Shown here piece by piece: positions 1 through 15,545 of a stretch of 64,000 bases of DNA. A program made the position numbers and the translations under genes. This DNA comes from Eledone cirrhosa (taxonomy: Eukaryota). The DNA is taken from the NCBI GenBank assembly GCA_964016885.1, contig OZ024747.1, forward strand, positions 26,598,001-26,662,000. The letters are read 5' to 3'. Numbering within the stretch: the stretch's first letter is position 1; every line of letters starts with the position of its first letter. The notes under the pieces are model-generated. The model did no database searches and was not told the origin of the DNA. It saw nothing but the letters and a program-made list of their open reading frames with translations.

Positions 1-139
1 TTGATGTGGTAGGGGTTGGATATATTTGCGTCAGCAACCGTGGGCTGGTGTTGAAGGGAGGGCGTGTGTTAAATTTTAAACTTTGACGTCATGAGAAACT
101 GATAGTCTACCTTTAAATTTCTCCTATTGGTTCTATAGA

Positions 140-1540
<1,401 letters not shown>

Positions 1541-1612
1541 TATGCCTCTACTTCCACAAGCTTCTGCGTTTGTTATGTGGTTATGTGTGCCAATGTATGC
1601 ATATTCACTTAC

Positions 1613-1759
1613 ACAGAGATAGCAGCTCATTCTCCGCCTCCAGACTTGATGCTTCGGGCACAAACAGTGATCCGCTGTCTGCAATGCGGGAGCCTTCCTC
1701 TTTGCACCAGTCACCTTCAAGAACTTTCTCGTCGTTGGCCTCTGCGCTCCTGATTTCCT
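1613..1759 (-). CDS. Putative isolated internal exon of an unidentified gene
   Basis: GC-richer unique island; acceptor tctttctgaatttacag and donor gtaagtg bracket 147 nt (symmetric), open as [49 protein letters not shown]. No recognisable domain. Confidence 0.35.
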
Positions 1760-1994
1760 CTGTAAATTCAGAAAGACGGCGATCCACTTGAGGCAGGATT
1801 ACCGTCAGGTAAGTCGGCTATTGCAACAGGTGGCTGAGGCTAATTTTCACGGGTCGTGGTTGAGGCACTGTTCAGAATGGGGTGTAGTATCTGTACCCCA
1901 GTCTCGCTTTCTTTCAATGCTTAATCTTTATTTCTTTTTTTTCTTTTCATTTCCCTTCTTTTTTTTTCTTGTTCGTATTATTAACATATACCAA

Positions 1995-2290
1995 GACGGT
2001 GGATTAGCAGTATCGGTAGAGGGTCTGACGCCATGCTTTGCAGCATAGAGTCACGGCCCTTTAAGGTCTCTGAGTTCAAATCCCGCCGAGGTTAACTTTG
2101 CTTTTCATCCTTATGGGGTCGATAAAATAAAGTACCAGTAATGCACTGGGGTAATTGCTGGCCTTGTGCCAAACGTAGAAACAATTATGAACATATACCA
2201 AAGCGGGGGTCGATAGAATAAAGTACCAGTAATGCACTGAGGTAATTGCTGGCCTTGTGCCTGACGTAGAAACAATTATGAACATATACC
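1995..2290 (+). mobile_element. tRNA-derived SINE family A (Deu/Nin-like core), with duplicated 3' part
   Basis: A-box-like head, B-box gagttcaaatccc, core tttcatcctta(t/c)ggggtcgataaaataaagtacc, tail gtagaaacaattat. Confidence 0.8.
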
Positions 2291-3040
2291 GCTATGCAGC
2301 AAAGTTTCTTCACTAGATCCAAGTTATATAGCTTTGCTGTGTTACATCTTCCAACGTCATCATACGTAGAGTCTTTGTCGTGTATGTATGTGTATATTAT
2401 ATGTGTATGTGTTTATGTATGTGTGTATGTATGTAAGTGTGTATGTGTGCATGTATGTATGTATGTACGTATGTATGTACGCATGTGTGTATGTATGTGT
2501 GTATTATGTAAGTGTGTGTGTATGTACGTATGTATGTACGTATGTATGTACGCATGTATGTACGTATGTATGTACGTATGTATGTACGTATGTATGTACG
2601 TATGTATATATGCTTGTTTCTCTTTATGTATGTGTGTATGTATGTAAGTGTGTGTACGTATATGTATGTGTGTATGTACGTATGTATGCATGTATGTATG
2701 CATGTTTCTGTTTATGTATGTATGTATATGTATATCATCTTCAAGTGACAATTATTCTAATTGTGTAACAAAATGGCGCATTTTTTTGTAGTTTTGTTTT
2801 TAGCTGATAATATGATAAATATTTTTTCTATCTTTCACAAATTTGAAGCAAATGATCCGAACGCAATCAATGAATTCCTTTTTGAATAAAAACAATGTTA
2901 TTACAATAAATATTTTTATTTTCTGTATTCTGCGTCCCCATGTGTTTCTTTTCATTCACTATTTTAATAAACACTTTAAATATACAATGATGAATGTTTT
3001 TCCTTTTCTCTCTCTTTCATCCTTTCCAACCATACACTCA

Positions 3041-3128
<88 letters not shown>

Positions 3129-3197
3129 TAATTCCAGATATATCGGAAGGTGACAACAGTTAAAAAGGTACTCCGTTAGAAAAGGAAAAAAATAAAT

Positions 3198-3400
3198 TCT
3201 TCTTCTTCTTCTTCTTCTTCTTCTTCTTCTTCTTCTTCTTCTTCTTCTTCTTCTTCTTCTTCTTCTTCAGAGTATCGTAAAGTGACTCTCTCATCTCCGA
3301 GCTCTATTGAAGGATGAACCCCATTTCAGCCGCTTGTATTTGCGATCGTATTCTTTCTGTCATTGCCCAAGATTCGCGAACATTGGCACGAATATTTACT
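3198..3400 (-). mobile_element. RTE/Rex3(Expander)-like LINE relic with adjacent (GAA)n
   Basis: Minus strand reads ESWAMTERIRSQIQAAEMGF, typical of the RTE C-terminal region. Confidence 0.6.
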
Positions 3401-4149
3401 AGACAACGTAAGTATTCTTTTCATTTCAATTCGTCTATATATTCATGTATGATAGTTGAAAGAAGAAAAATGGCTTCTCAAACTTAAAAGCTTTACACCA
3501 ATTGTCTCTCTTTCTCCTCTGTTCCATACAATGGGTGTTACAAATACTTAGCCATTGACGAAAATATAACAAAGGTGCTGTGAACAAATATAGAGTAAAC
3601 ATATATTGGCTTTTGAAAAATAAGGCAATCGGAACTTCCCTCTTAAAAACAATACCCCACAAGGGATTTATAGTACATGTATTAATACCAACAATTGAGA
3701 TACCTGATTGGTTTGTAGAGAAAAATCAGCTTCATAGATATTAAAACCTTCAAGATTTTGACACCAACTTGAATCTTCCACCTAAATAGTGATATGGACA
3801 GGCTTTTTCTCAAGTCAGACATACTTTGTGTGTTGTATGTTACTACACAGACAGCGTTTGCTAAACCAACAGCAGAAAATATATATAATATGTTTGGTTT
3901 AAATTTATTTACTAGTTAAAGCATATACAAGTTTAGTTATATGATATATACATGAACTAAGTGCTCAAACATGAAGAGAATAATATTTCAGTGATCAGGA
4001 ATGAGCTCGTCAATAAGATGTTCATGTGACTCCAGATTTGCTGGATTAGCGTACATCAACAGTGATTTGGGAGAGAAGCATTATGCACACCAAAAAATGC
4101 TATACATGGATATGTTTTCCGAAAACTTGAGGATGGTTGACAAGGATTG

Positions 4150-4500
4150 TTGTAGCCTCTCTTTCATTGCACAATGCAGATTCTTGGAGGTTATAAATTT
4201 GCAATCCTAACGTTGGTGATAGCTACAAAATACCTAATGAACAATAAAGAAAAGGAATCTTTTAAATTCCTGGGATGTTACTGAAAATGTCGATTATGCT
4301 ACATTTCTACAGAAATATAACATAACCGACATAATGACATTAAACAATTACCTTCCAATGTGGCATGATGCTGTTCTTAAATCAACATTAATATATAATG
4401 CGATCCATAGAAAATACACCCCTATGATAAATACAGAAAATACTTCTGTTGGTTGAATACATACATTTCAACATGGGGAATATCAGGAAAATATTGATTT
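4150..4500 (+). mobile_element. Highly decayed R4/NeSL-type LINE relic (CCHC region)
   Basis: Fragments read FAI....IATKYLMN, KCRLC and YLPM.HDAV across frames. Confidence 0.4.
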
Positions 4501-5759
4501 CTGATTTAGGTACAAGACCAGCAAATATGGGGGAAGGCCAGAGTTGATCAAATCAACCCAGCACCTGACTGGTACTTTATTTTATCTACCCCTGAAAAAT
4601 GATGGGTAAAGTTTATCCAGAACAAATACTGCAATGACATTTTATCCAACACTCTAACAATTCTGCCAATCCACCTCCATGTGTCGGGCAATTGTTCCCA
4701 ACAAAACCTTCACCAAATACAAATATAACAAATTGATAATTGAAACAGAAAAGAAAACAATCCTAGAAGTGAATAGAATATTTAAGGGCAATTTCTTCAA
4801 AACCTATATATCATATCTACTAAAACAACAACCGTCACTAGCAATCGAGTACGACTTAGTAATATGAGCGATACTTTCACTTAGGGTTTTAGGTGCCCAT
4901 GTAGTTATGAGCAGACACAGACAGCTCCTCGATCTACCCTCCCTTAATACAGTAGAACATCCAGGATGTGACAGCTGGAAGGAGAAAGGATTGCACCAAC
5001 ACTGGGTTTGTACTTTCTTTATCGATGCTGAAAGGATAAAAGGCAAAGTTAACTTCAGCAGGATCTGAACTCAGTACGCAGAAATCCATAACAAATATCC
5101 AACGATCTAACAACCCAGCCAGCTTTATTTACAGCATATCTACCTAGGTTATAAATTCACGTTTGTGCCTATATTTACGGGTGCAGTTGGAAAGATTAAT
5201 ATCTTTCCAACTGTGTAAGTGAGAATCTGGAAAGGTTGTGGTTTTTCAGGCAAAAGAAGCTGACCACTTGGCACGTGTTTTGCAAATACAATCTGTAAAC
5301 TGGAGAGGAAACATGTAAAAATATGCAAAGCGTTCCTATAGTTGAACATAACTCTTCACTTTTGTTGTAGTTGTTCTTCTTGTTGTTATCGTTGTTATAT
5401 AAATTCCAGCAATGGAGATTTGGTTCTTTATTAGAAACCAGCTCCGTATTATGGGAAATATTTCAGTAATTAAAAATGAATCAGGCTTAACCACAGCCGA
5501 TTTCTTCCAAGGAGATAAAGAGATAGAGAGTGTGTGTGTGTGTATGTGATAGAAAGAGAATGTGTCAAAGAGAGAAAAGAGGAGGGAGAAGAAGGGGGAG
5601 AGGACGGAAAAAGGGGAGAGACGTATCATATAAGATAAAACAAAAAGTGAATGATACTTGATTCTTTTGTCTGTTAAAGACTGGAAGCAGTTGATCTAAC
5701 ATTCTTACATTGCAAAAAATTTCTGTTTCAGACATCCTTTCTCTTGAATACTTGGTTTC

Positions 5760-5816
<57 letters not shown>

Positions 5817-5819
5817 TCA

Positions 5820-5850
<31 letters not shown>

Positions 5851-5853
5851 GAC

Positions 5854-5896
<43 letters not shown>

Positions 5897-6080
5897 GTCA
5901 TACATCACACATGTATATATATGTGCATATATATTTGTGTATATAAATGTAATATTAAATATTTGCGCAGTACGTTGTTTCTGCTCCGTGGAGTGCGACA
6001 AGTACTCTCTACTCTCAGAGAGAAACAGACTCATGCTATGTGTGTGTATATGTAAGTATGTAAGTATGTATGTATGTATG

Positions 6081-7600
6081 TTCCTTGCTTTAGTTAAGTC
6101 TTTCCATGACGACATGAAGGCTTGGGTTAATGTCGGAGGTAACATGTCGGAGCCTATCTCAGTAAAAGAAATGGAGTGAAACAGGGGGATATTCCAGCAC
6201 CGACCCTGTTTGCCATATACTTTGCAATGGTTTTCTGTATTGCATTCGGGAATTGCGAGCATGGTGTTTACATCCGATATCGAACCTCAGGCAGCATATT
6301 TAACATCAGGCGCTTTGCTGCAAAGACAAAAGTATTTACATCAATCATAAGAGACCTCTTGTATGCAGATGATTGCGATCTTGTAGCGCACACAGAGAGT
6401 GATATGCAGCACATTTTGAATGCATTTTCTGACGCTTGCACTGCCCTAGGATTGACTATCAGTCTCAAGAAAACCGTCGTCATGTACCAACCTGCCCCTG
6501 GTAAGCAGTACAGTGAACCAAACATCTATGTGTATGGCAAACGACTTGCAGTGGTTGATCAGTTTGTCTACCTGGGAAGCACTGTCAATCTATACAGCAA
6601 CCTTGATAGTGAAATCTCACTTAGGATTAAGAAAGCAAGTGATGCTTTCGGAAAGCTAGAAAGGCGACTCTGGGGTCGGCGAGACATATGCAAGATGACA
6701 AAGTTAAAGGTGTACAAGGCATGTGTGCTCTCTTCTCTTCTTTATGCCTGCGAGACCTGGGTCACATATCGACACCATCTTAAGCAATTGGAGCGTTTCC
6801 ATCAGATGTGTCTCAGACGGATCCATGGCGTTCACTGGAGGGACCACATCAGTGATATCGAGATTTTGGAAAGCTCTATGTGTGACAGTATAGAAGCTCT
6901 TGTGCTTAAGCAACAACTCCGTTGGTCACCTTGCCAGGATGAAAGATTCTAGAATACCAAAACAACTCTTTTATGGAGAGTTAGTTAATGGAAAACGACC
7001 GCCACATAAACCACAAAAGAGGTATAAGGATTCCTTGAAAGCCTCTTTGAAAGACGCTAACATCTCTGCTGATGCATGGGAAAATATTGCTGCTGATCGT
7101 AATAAATGGAGAAAGACTGTATCTGAGGGAAAAGTTGTCTTTGAGGCATCTCGAATCGCATACGAGAAAGTAAAGCGGGATGTGAGGAAGGGCATTGCTG
7201 TTGCACTTCCAGACGGAGAGGGTCCCCTTATGGTGCTGACATGCAGCGTCTGTGCGAGACTCGGCCTAAGCAAAGCTGGACTATTCCCAGTGAATGTTTT
7301 GGTTGCCGACTCTGTGCAAGACATTTTAGATCATTGGCTGGGCTAAAAAGCCACACACGATCGCAGCGCTGTTAGTTGCTATCGTGTGTGTATGTATATA
7401 GATATGTTTATGTGTGTGCGTGTGTGTGTATATATATATATATGTATATTATTATTGTTGTTGTTGTCGTTATTATTATTGTTGTTACTATTATTATTAT
7501 TGTTATTAATATGTATATATATATGTATATATATACACATATATTATTTTTTCTCGTGCAATGGCCATACTCAATAACGAGGGGGCAGCCATCATCATCA
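6081..7600 (+). mobile_element. 5'-truncated RTE-clade (BovB-like) LINE, frameshifted
   Basis: GVKQG..APTLF, LLYADDCDL, FVYLGS, LLYACETW, RIPKQLFYGEL and C-terminal CSVC..SKAGL; 3' end gcagccatcatcatca near 7600, interrupted by microsatellites. Confidence 0.9.
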
Positions 7601-7764
7601 TGTATGTATGTATGTATGTATGTATGTGGTGTTGTCTCATACTCATTTTCCAGCTGTTTGCACAAAATTACATTGCCTAGAGTCTCTCTGTTGAGGAAGA
7701 TGGATGCTTTTGTTGATTCGGCCCACGTGTTCCGTTTTTTTTCTTCATCCACTTGGATATATAT

Positions 7765-7867
<103 letters not shown>

Positions 7868-7891
7868 TGTGTGTGTGCGTGTGTCTGTGTA

Positions 7892-7934
<43 letters not shown>

Positions 7935-7937
7935 TAT

Positions 7938-8289
7938 TAGAAAGTGAGGTTTTTTTTACAAAATGAAAAATAACCGAGGTGTCCTACACGAGTGGAAGTA
8001 TAAAGAAAAAGGGATGAAATCGAAAATGCAACTGAAGTCTTATTTTTTTTTTTTAAATATATATATTTATTTGGTTCCTTTACCGGTTTCGCAGTTCTTC
8101 TGCTTTTCAAAAGGTGAGTTGAGATGGAGGGTCTGTGGTTTTTCAAAAACCACAGACCCTCCATCTCAACTCACCTTTTGAAAAGCAGAAGAACTGCGAA
8201 ACCGGTAAAGGAACCAAATAAATATATATATTTTTTTTAAAAAAATAAGACTTCAGTTGCATTTTCGATTTCATCCCTTTTTCTTTATA
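7938..8289. mobile_element. Palindromic ribozyme-bearing element (Penelope-like pLTR/retrozyme-like)
   Basis: Arms 7999-8289 centred at 8144, unpaired ~60-bp tail on the left, (TA)n on both flanks. Confidence 0.7.
8174..8211 (+). ncRNA. Minimal type I hammerhead ribozyme, U3-A8 variant (mirror copy on - strand at 8077-8114)
   Basis: CCTT-TTGAAAA-GCAG aagaa CTGC-GAA-ACCGGT-A-AAGG: stem I CCTT/AAGG, stem II GCAG/CTGC, palindromic stem III, GUA cleavage triplet. Confidence 0.7.
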
Positions 8290-9268
8290 TATATATATAT
8301 ATATACATATATATGTCTGTGTATATGTTATAAGCTTCTCTTCTTTTTGATGTTTGAAATTGGAATAACTCGCTTAAAAGCAACAAAAATATCAAAGTAC
8401 TTCAAATCTCTCTGAAAATATTAGAAAACTAATAAAAAGAAGGATAATCTACCTTTTAACATATAAAACGGTTTTCTTTTTTTAGAATAGTCTATCGAAA
8501 AATAGTAAAAACGATTCCCGCAGTAAATATGATTCGAACAGCAGAGCGATTCAAAGTTTTAACAACCCTGGTGCCTTAAAATGACTTTAATATATACAGA
8601 ATTTCAAGGATAGTAAATTTATTTGATCAGTCTGAGCTAGTTCAGACTTATCAAATAAATTTACTATCCTTGAAATTCTGTATATATTCTTTTTTAATTA
8701 TAAACAGCGAAGTCCAGTGCGACCAACATTTGAGAATCATCATCAACTGCACTATATCAGGCATCATTTCTGTCTCGATAATTTACATACTTTTATGGTG
8801 AAGACGCATGGCCTAGTAGCTATGGTAATTGGGCTGACGAGTGTAATGTCATGGGCTCAAATTCTGGATCAGGTGATGCATTGTGTTGTTAGGCAAAACA
8901 CTTTCAATTTACACTGCTCCAGTCAACAATATATATATATATATATATATAAACAAACCGAACATTACAATAAATGTTCGGTAAACCCATACGTACATAT
9001 ATATATATGTGTGCATGCATGTATGTACGTATACATACTTACATTATATATATATAATGTTTATTTTAATGTATATGTCAATCAATTTCTAGTTGATATA
9101 AATGCTCGGATCTATTCATTGGAATCTTTGAGCATATTCTACAGTGGATATGGCGCATGTCTCTCAGACATGACACCATTAATGGAGTTGTGACCGATAG
9201 AAATTAATAGCAATTGGAAAGACCAACCGAAACATTGTTTCCTCGGTCCGATTTGACGAAAGTCGATC

Positions 9269-9322
<54 letters not shown>

Positions 9323-9564
9323 CGGAGGAGTTGTGGTAAGGAACCAGATGGACCATAACGCACCAGAGTACTCAATACTTAGGGTAGTACAGTGGGTAAT
9401 AGGAGAAAGTGTGACCCCGACGGCAGAGCTCAAGCGGTTTCGACGGAATAGCCGTCCAGAAATAGCCGTCGAAACGGCTTGAGCTCTGCCGTCGGGGTCA
9501 TACTTTCTCATATATATATATATGCGTGTATGTATATATATATATATATATATATGCGTGTATG

Positions 9565-9623
<59 letters not shown>

Positions 9624-9840
9624 ATAAATGCTCTGAAATAGCGATATATATGTGAATATAGACATAGAATATTCGAAAATATTCTGTATGTTTATAATAA
9701 ACATTTTGAAGACCTAATCGCTATAGAATAGAATACGTCACGTATTACAAAATACGTGACGTATTCTATTCTATAGCGATTAGGTCTTCAAAATGTTTAT
9801 TATAAACATACAGAATATTTTCGAATATTCTATGTCTATA

Positions 9841-9888
<48 letters not shown>

Positions 9889-10343
9889 AGACATGCTGCT
9901 CAAAGGCACTAGGCTTAATGATTAGGATGCTTGACTCAGGATCGTAAGGCTGTGTATTGTGTATTGTGTGCTTCAGCAAGACATTTTATTTCACGTTGTT
10001 TCAGTCCACTCCGCATAATTCAAAGGATCAGCCTTGTCACACACTGTTTCATGCTGAATCTCCCTGTGTCTTGGAATATTCAGACACGAGCAGGTTGTTC
10101 CATTCTCAGTAGTGCGTTGTTTCCTTGAGCAAGTCACTTTATTTCACGTTCCTCCAGGTCCACACAGCTGAAAAAAAATTGCTGTGTCTATAACTCAAAG
10201 AACCAGCTTTCTTTCTCACTATGTGTGACAGTGAATCTCCCTGAGAACTACTTAAGGGTGCACGTGTTTGTGGAATACTCAGCGACTTGCTGTTCCGTTG
10301 ATAGGATCAATTGAAACATTCGTCGTCGGAAACGACGGAGGTC

Positions 10344-10499
<156 letters not shown>

Positions 10500-10561
10500 G
10501 ACACAAGTTGAAACAGTAGAAATAGATTGGTGAAAACGAAATGGTAAACAATATCCTTATA

Positions 10562-10732
10562 TAATTGTTTCTACTTTTGACACAAAGCCAACAATTACCC
10601 AGTACATTACTGGTACTTTATTTTATCGACGCCGTAAGGATGAAAGGCAAAGTTAACCTCGGCGGGATTTGAACTCAGATCGTAAAGGGACGTAACTATG
10701 CTGGAAAGCAATACTGTCAATTCACCGCCCTT
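10562..10732 (-). mobile_element. SINE family A
   Basis: Reverse complement of the same head, core and tail. Confidence 0.8.
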
Positions 10733-10789
10733 ACAACATCCATATATAATGATAGATATCAGATGATAGCGACATAACTTCCACCATAA

Positions 10790-11660
10790 TGAAGCCAACC
10801 ACTCTCACCACCATTAACACCACTACCACCAACCACCAATCTCCATACAACCAGCAACAACAACAACAACCACCATATAACCACCACCAACACCAACACC
10901 ACCACCACCATACCACGATCACCACAACCACCATACCGCCATCACCACAACCACCTCCACCACCAACGTCACCACCACCATCACTACTACCACCACCACC
11001 ACTATCACCACCACCACCACCACCACCACCATACCACGATTACCACAACCACCATACCGCCATCACCACAACCACCTCCACCACCAACGTCACTACCACC
11101 ATCACCACTATCACCACCACCACCACCACCATACCACGATCACCACAACCACCATACCGCCATCACCACAACCACCTCCACCACCAACCTCACTACCACC
11201 ACCACCACTATCACCACCACCACCACCACCATACCACGATCACCACAACCAACCATACCGCCATCACCACAACCACCTCCACCACCAACGTCACCACCAC
11301 CATCACTACTACCACCACCACCACTATCAACACCACCACCACCACCACCACCATACCACGATCACCACAACCACCATACCGCCATCACCACAACCACCTC
11401 CACCACCAACGTCACCACCACCATCACTACTACCACCACCACCACTATCACCACCACCACCATCACCACCACCATACCACGATCACCACAACCACCATAC
11501 CGCCATCACCACAACCACCTCCACCACCAACGTCACCACCACCATCACTACTACCACCACCACCACTACCACCACCACCACCATCACAACCACCTCCACC
11601 ACCAACGTCACCACCACCATCACTACTACCACCACCACCACTATCACCACCACCACCACC
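10790..11660. repeat. (CAC)n-rich compound repeat
   Basis: Direct reading; higher-order duplicated blocks. Confidence 0.9.
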
Positions 11661-12032
11661 ATTATTTCAGATAGAGTCCGATACCCCTGAAAGTAAATCA
11701 ATCTATAACTTCGAGATTGTCTCCAGAAACGTCACATTTACAGGAATTAAAAGACAACGGCTGAGAAATACGACTTATTATCTTTCAATTCTTGCTTCTT
11801 TTCTTCTTTCTTTCCTTACGTCTTTTCTTCCTTCCTTTCTCTCCATTTTTCTATTTTTCCACCATCAAGATAATATTTCCTATATAATAAAAAAAAAATC
11901 CAACCTTTTTTTTTTTGTCTACCCGCTTTAGGCTTACAGAAAAGGTGTTTAATTTTTACCTGTTATACAAGATTTATTTGAATCCTATTCTACCTTATAT
12001 ATATATATATATGTAAGAATATTTTCGAAACA

Positions 12033-12076
<44 letters not shown>

Positions 12077-12245
12077 TTATTTGAATCCTATTCAACCTTA
12101 TATATACATATATATATATATGAATATATATACATATATATATATATGAATATATATACATATATATATATATTTATTTGAATCTATTCAACCTTATATA
12201 TACATATATATATATATATGAATATATATACATATATATATATGA

Positions 12246-12312
<67 letters not shown>

Positions 12313-12321
12313 TATATATAC

Positions 12322-12360
<39 letters not shown>

Positions 12361-12504
12361 AAAAGATTCAGGACTCCAACAGCTGAGCTCCGGCCGTTTC
12401 GACAGCTAGATCCGAACCGAAATAAATATTACCCACCACTCTACTACTCCAAGTATCGAGTACTCTGATGGGTTATAGCCCACCTGGCATTTTACCACAG
12501 CCTA

Positions 12505-12547
<43 letters not shown>

Positions 12548-12648
12548 TAAGTTATTCCGGGTTGAATCGGAGGTAACCACAGTAAGTAAGGTACTCAATA
12601 CATAGCAGAGTATAAAAGAATGAAACAGTTCTAGTCCTGTAGAATCTC

Positions 12649-12693
<45 letters not shown>

Positions 12694-12812
12694 TTTTGCG
12701 AGGTTTTTTATATGAAATCGTGTGTCGAAACAAATATTGTTATACTTGGTGAGTGTGTTCTGTTATTAATTAATTCTGGCAATATTACACAAACATGACC
12801 CTCCCCAAGTAT

Positions 12813-12876
<64 letters not shown>

Positions 12877-13944
12877 AAATTAACAATGAAAATAAAAACA
12901 GCAAAGTCAAGTTACTTTACCTATTCATATCATTGAGTATCATCTACGGTACGGACCCTACCACCAGAGGTAGACCTCACTGGGAAAAAGAAATATATAT
13001 ATATATTATATATACTAGCAGAAAAACCATCCTTTGGATGGTTTTCTGCTAGCATGTGTAGTGTGTATATTGATATTATACACAAATATATATGCATGTA
13101 GATATGATACATCAAATAAAATCGTAATTGACAATATACACAGAAATTGAACGAAGTCTGTATTACACCCTCTTCTGTAATCAGTAAAGTAATACATGAT
13201 ATATTAAAAAGACGATATTACATATAAACTGCATTAGGAGAAAATTATCGACGGAAATATATGCGATATTTTTATAAATGTTATAATATAACGGCTGGAA
13301 ACCGGAAGTGTTGACATTTGAAAATATTAAAGAAGTGAATCTTTAAATAAGCTATAAAATATATTTAATCAACAGCCACGAAATTTAGCACATAAATTAT
13401 GTAATATTCATTCATTATTTATTCAAAATAATCCAACTTATTTTACAAACGGGGTAAAAAAATATATTCTGGACGCAGTCCCGCACTCCTTTCTTTATTA
13501 TAGTTAAGATATATATGTGTGTGGTGTGTGTGTGTGTGTATACTGTATGTATATATACACAATATGAAGCCCTCTTGTCATATATATATATATATATATA
13601 TATATGACGTCAGACAAATTCTATGTGTGCTTGTTATAGTTTAATTGCTATAAATTAATGTTTTGTCCTTTGTCTCTTATTCCACTGGACAGTGTTTGGC
13701 TTATGTCAGACGCTGAGACCTCGGGTGTCCTAGCAGTACCGTTGGTAGGGGTCGAAAGTACCAAAGTCCACCGTGACGGCCGATGACGCTGGAGATCTGT
13801 GTCGTTCGTTTGTATTTTTATTTTTTTTAAAACAGTTTTTAAGGTTCCCCTTAAAAAAATTACTTTTCATTTTGCCTTGTTTTCATTCGTTGTCTTGTCC
13901 TTTCTGTTAATTTTCCAAAGTTTATCATTATATGTGTGTGTGTA

Positions 13945-14295
13945 GGGTGGTGGATTGGCAGCATCGGTAGAGGGTCGGACGCCATGTTTTGCAGCATAGA
14001 GTTACGGCCTTTTATGATCTGAGTTCAAATTCTGCCTAGGTTAACTTTGCCTTTCATCCTTACGGGATCGATAAAATAATTTACCAGTAATGCACTGGGA
14101 TAATTGCTGGCCTTGTGCCAAAAGGAGAAACAATTATGAATATATACCAAGGCGGTGGGTTGGCAGAATCGGTAGAGGGTCGGACGCCATGCTTTGCAGC
14201 ATAAAATAAAGTACCAGTCACGCACTGGGGTCCATTTAATCAACTTTCCCCTCCCCCAAATTTGCTGGCCTTGTGCCTATATAAGAAACCATTAT
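13945..14295 (+). mobile_element. SINE family A, two tandem copies
   Basis: Two heads (ggtggattggcag..tcggtagagggtcggacgcc) with core and tails. Confidence 0.8.
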
Positions 14296-15409
14296 ATGTG
14301 TGTGATAACCGAATAGTTAAGAAGTTCGCTTCGCAACTATAAGTTCAATCCTACTGCGAAGCATCTTGGGTAAATGTCATTTACCATTTTGAGTCGGCCA
14401 AAATCTTGTGAAGGAAATTGGGTAGATGGAAACTGCTTGGAAGTTCGTTAGATAGGTTGTACATGTAACTCAAAGGACGTGACTTGTCACATACTATGCC
14501 ACGTGGACTCTCCCTATTTATGATACACGTGTCTATGGAATGTTCAGCCACTTATTAGTTTCAGGAGCAGGCTGTTCCATTGATCAAAAAACTGAAACGC
14601 ACATCGTGGAAACCGACGGATGTCCAATTACTTTAGAAATAAATTGAGACTTCTGTCTAAGATTTCATGCTATATCTGTATGTGCAACCTGTGTGTGTGG
14701 GGGGGGTGAAGGCGCGTAGGCAAGTGGCGAGCCTGATCGTGAGGTCGTGACCTCGATCATGAGGTCGTGACCTCGATCGTGAGGTCGTGAATTCGATTCA
14801 TAGCGGCAAAATACTTTATTTCATGTCACCCCAATCCCTTTAGCTGGAACAAAATGAGTTGTAAAATGTAATTCAAATGTCCAGTCTTGTCACATACTAC
14901 ACCACACTGAATATCTCTGAGAATATCATTAAGGGTAGACGTATTTATGGAATGTTCAGCCACTTGCATGTTGATTTCACGAGCAGGCCGATCCTTTGGT
15001 CAAACTCATGCAATGCTCATCATCGTAACTGACGGAGATCCATGGCACATATATGTCTTTACACTTAACGTCTCTGTGGTTTGATGCTACTGATATTTCC
15101 TTTGTGTTAATATGAGAGCGGTGGTAATATTGTTTTTACATTACCTATCAATCAATCAATCAAAATATTTCGATTACCCATTTGATATATCTGTGAATAT
15201 GTGTGTGTATATGTGTGTGTATATGTGTGTGAATATGTATAAAGGTATGTGTATAATTCATGTATACATAAATACGTATATAGTCGATATTTATATATCC
15301 GTGGTTTTCTTCATTTTCTTTATATTTTCCTTTTTTTTCGTCGTCAGTTTTTTCTTATCTTTATTGTGATAAAAAATGTTCTTATCTTTATTGTGATAAA
15401 AATCCACTG

Positions 15410-15545
15410 ATTCTGAGTTCAAATCCCTGCCTTTCATCCTTACGGGGTCGATAAAATAAACTACCAGTAATGCATTGGGGTGGATTTAATCGACTTTCCC
15501 CTGCCACAAAATTGTTGGCCTTGTGCCTATAGTAGAAATCATTGT
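15410..15545 (+). mobile_element. SINE family A, 5'-truncated
   Basis: B-box, core and tail present. Confidence 0.7.

Noticed and set aside
3271-3407. Plus-strand exon-like segment ((TTC)n-cag ... gtaagt)
   Set aside because: Stops in all three frames from the acceptor; the minus strand explains it as an RTE LINE relic.
7999-8289. Palindromes as sequencing or assembly chimeras
   Set aside because: Arms differ by small substitutions or indels, and the same asymmetric architecture recurs in homologous copies at independent loci; a raw-read check is still advisable.
10789-11931. 380-aa Pro/His/Thr-rich ORF
   Set aside because: (CAC)n compound repeat artefact.
13700-13780. Hammerhead-like GACCTC..GGGGTC-GAAAGTAC
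   Set aside because: No CUGANGA core and no convincing stem I; too degenerate to call.
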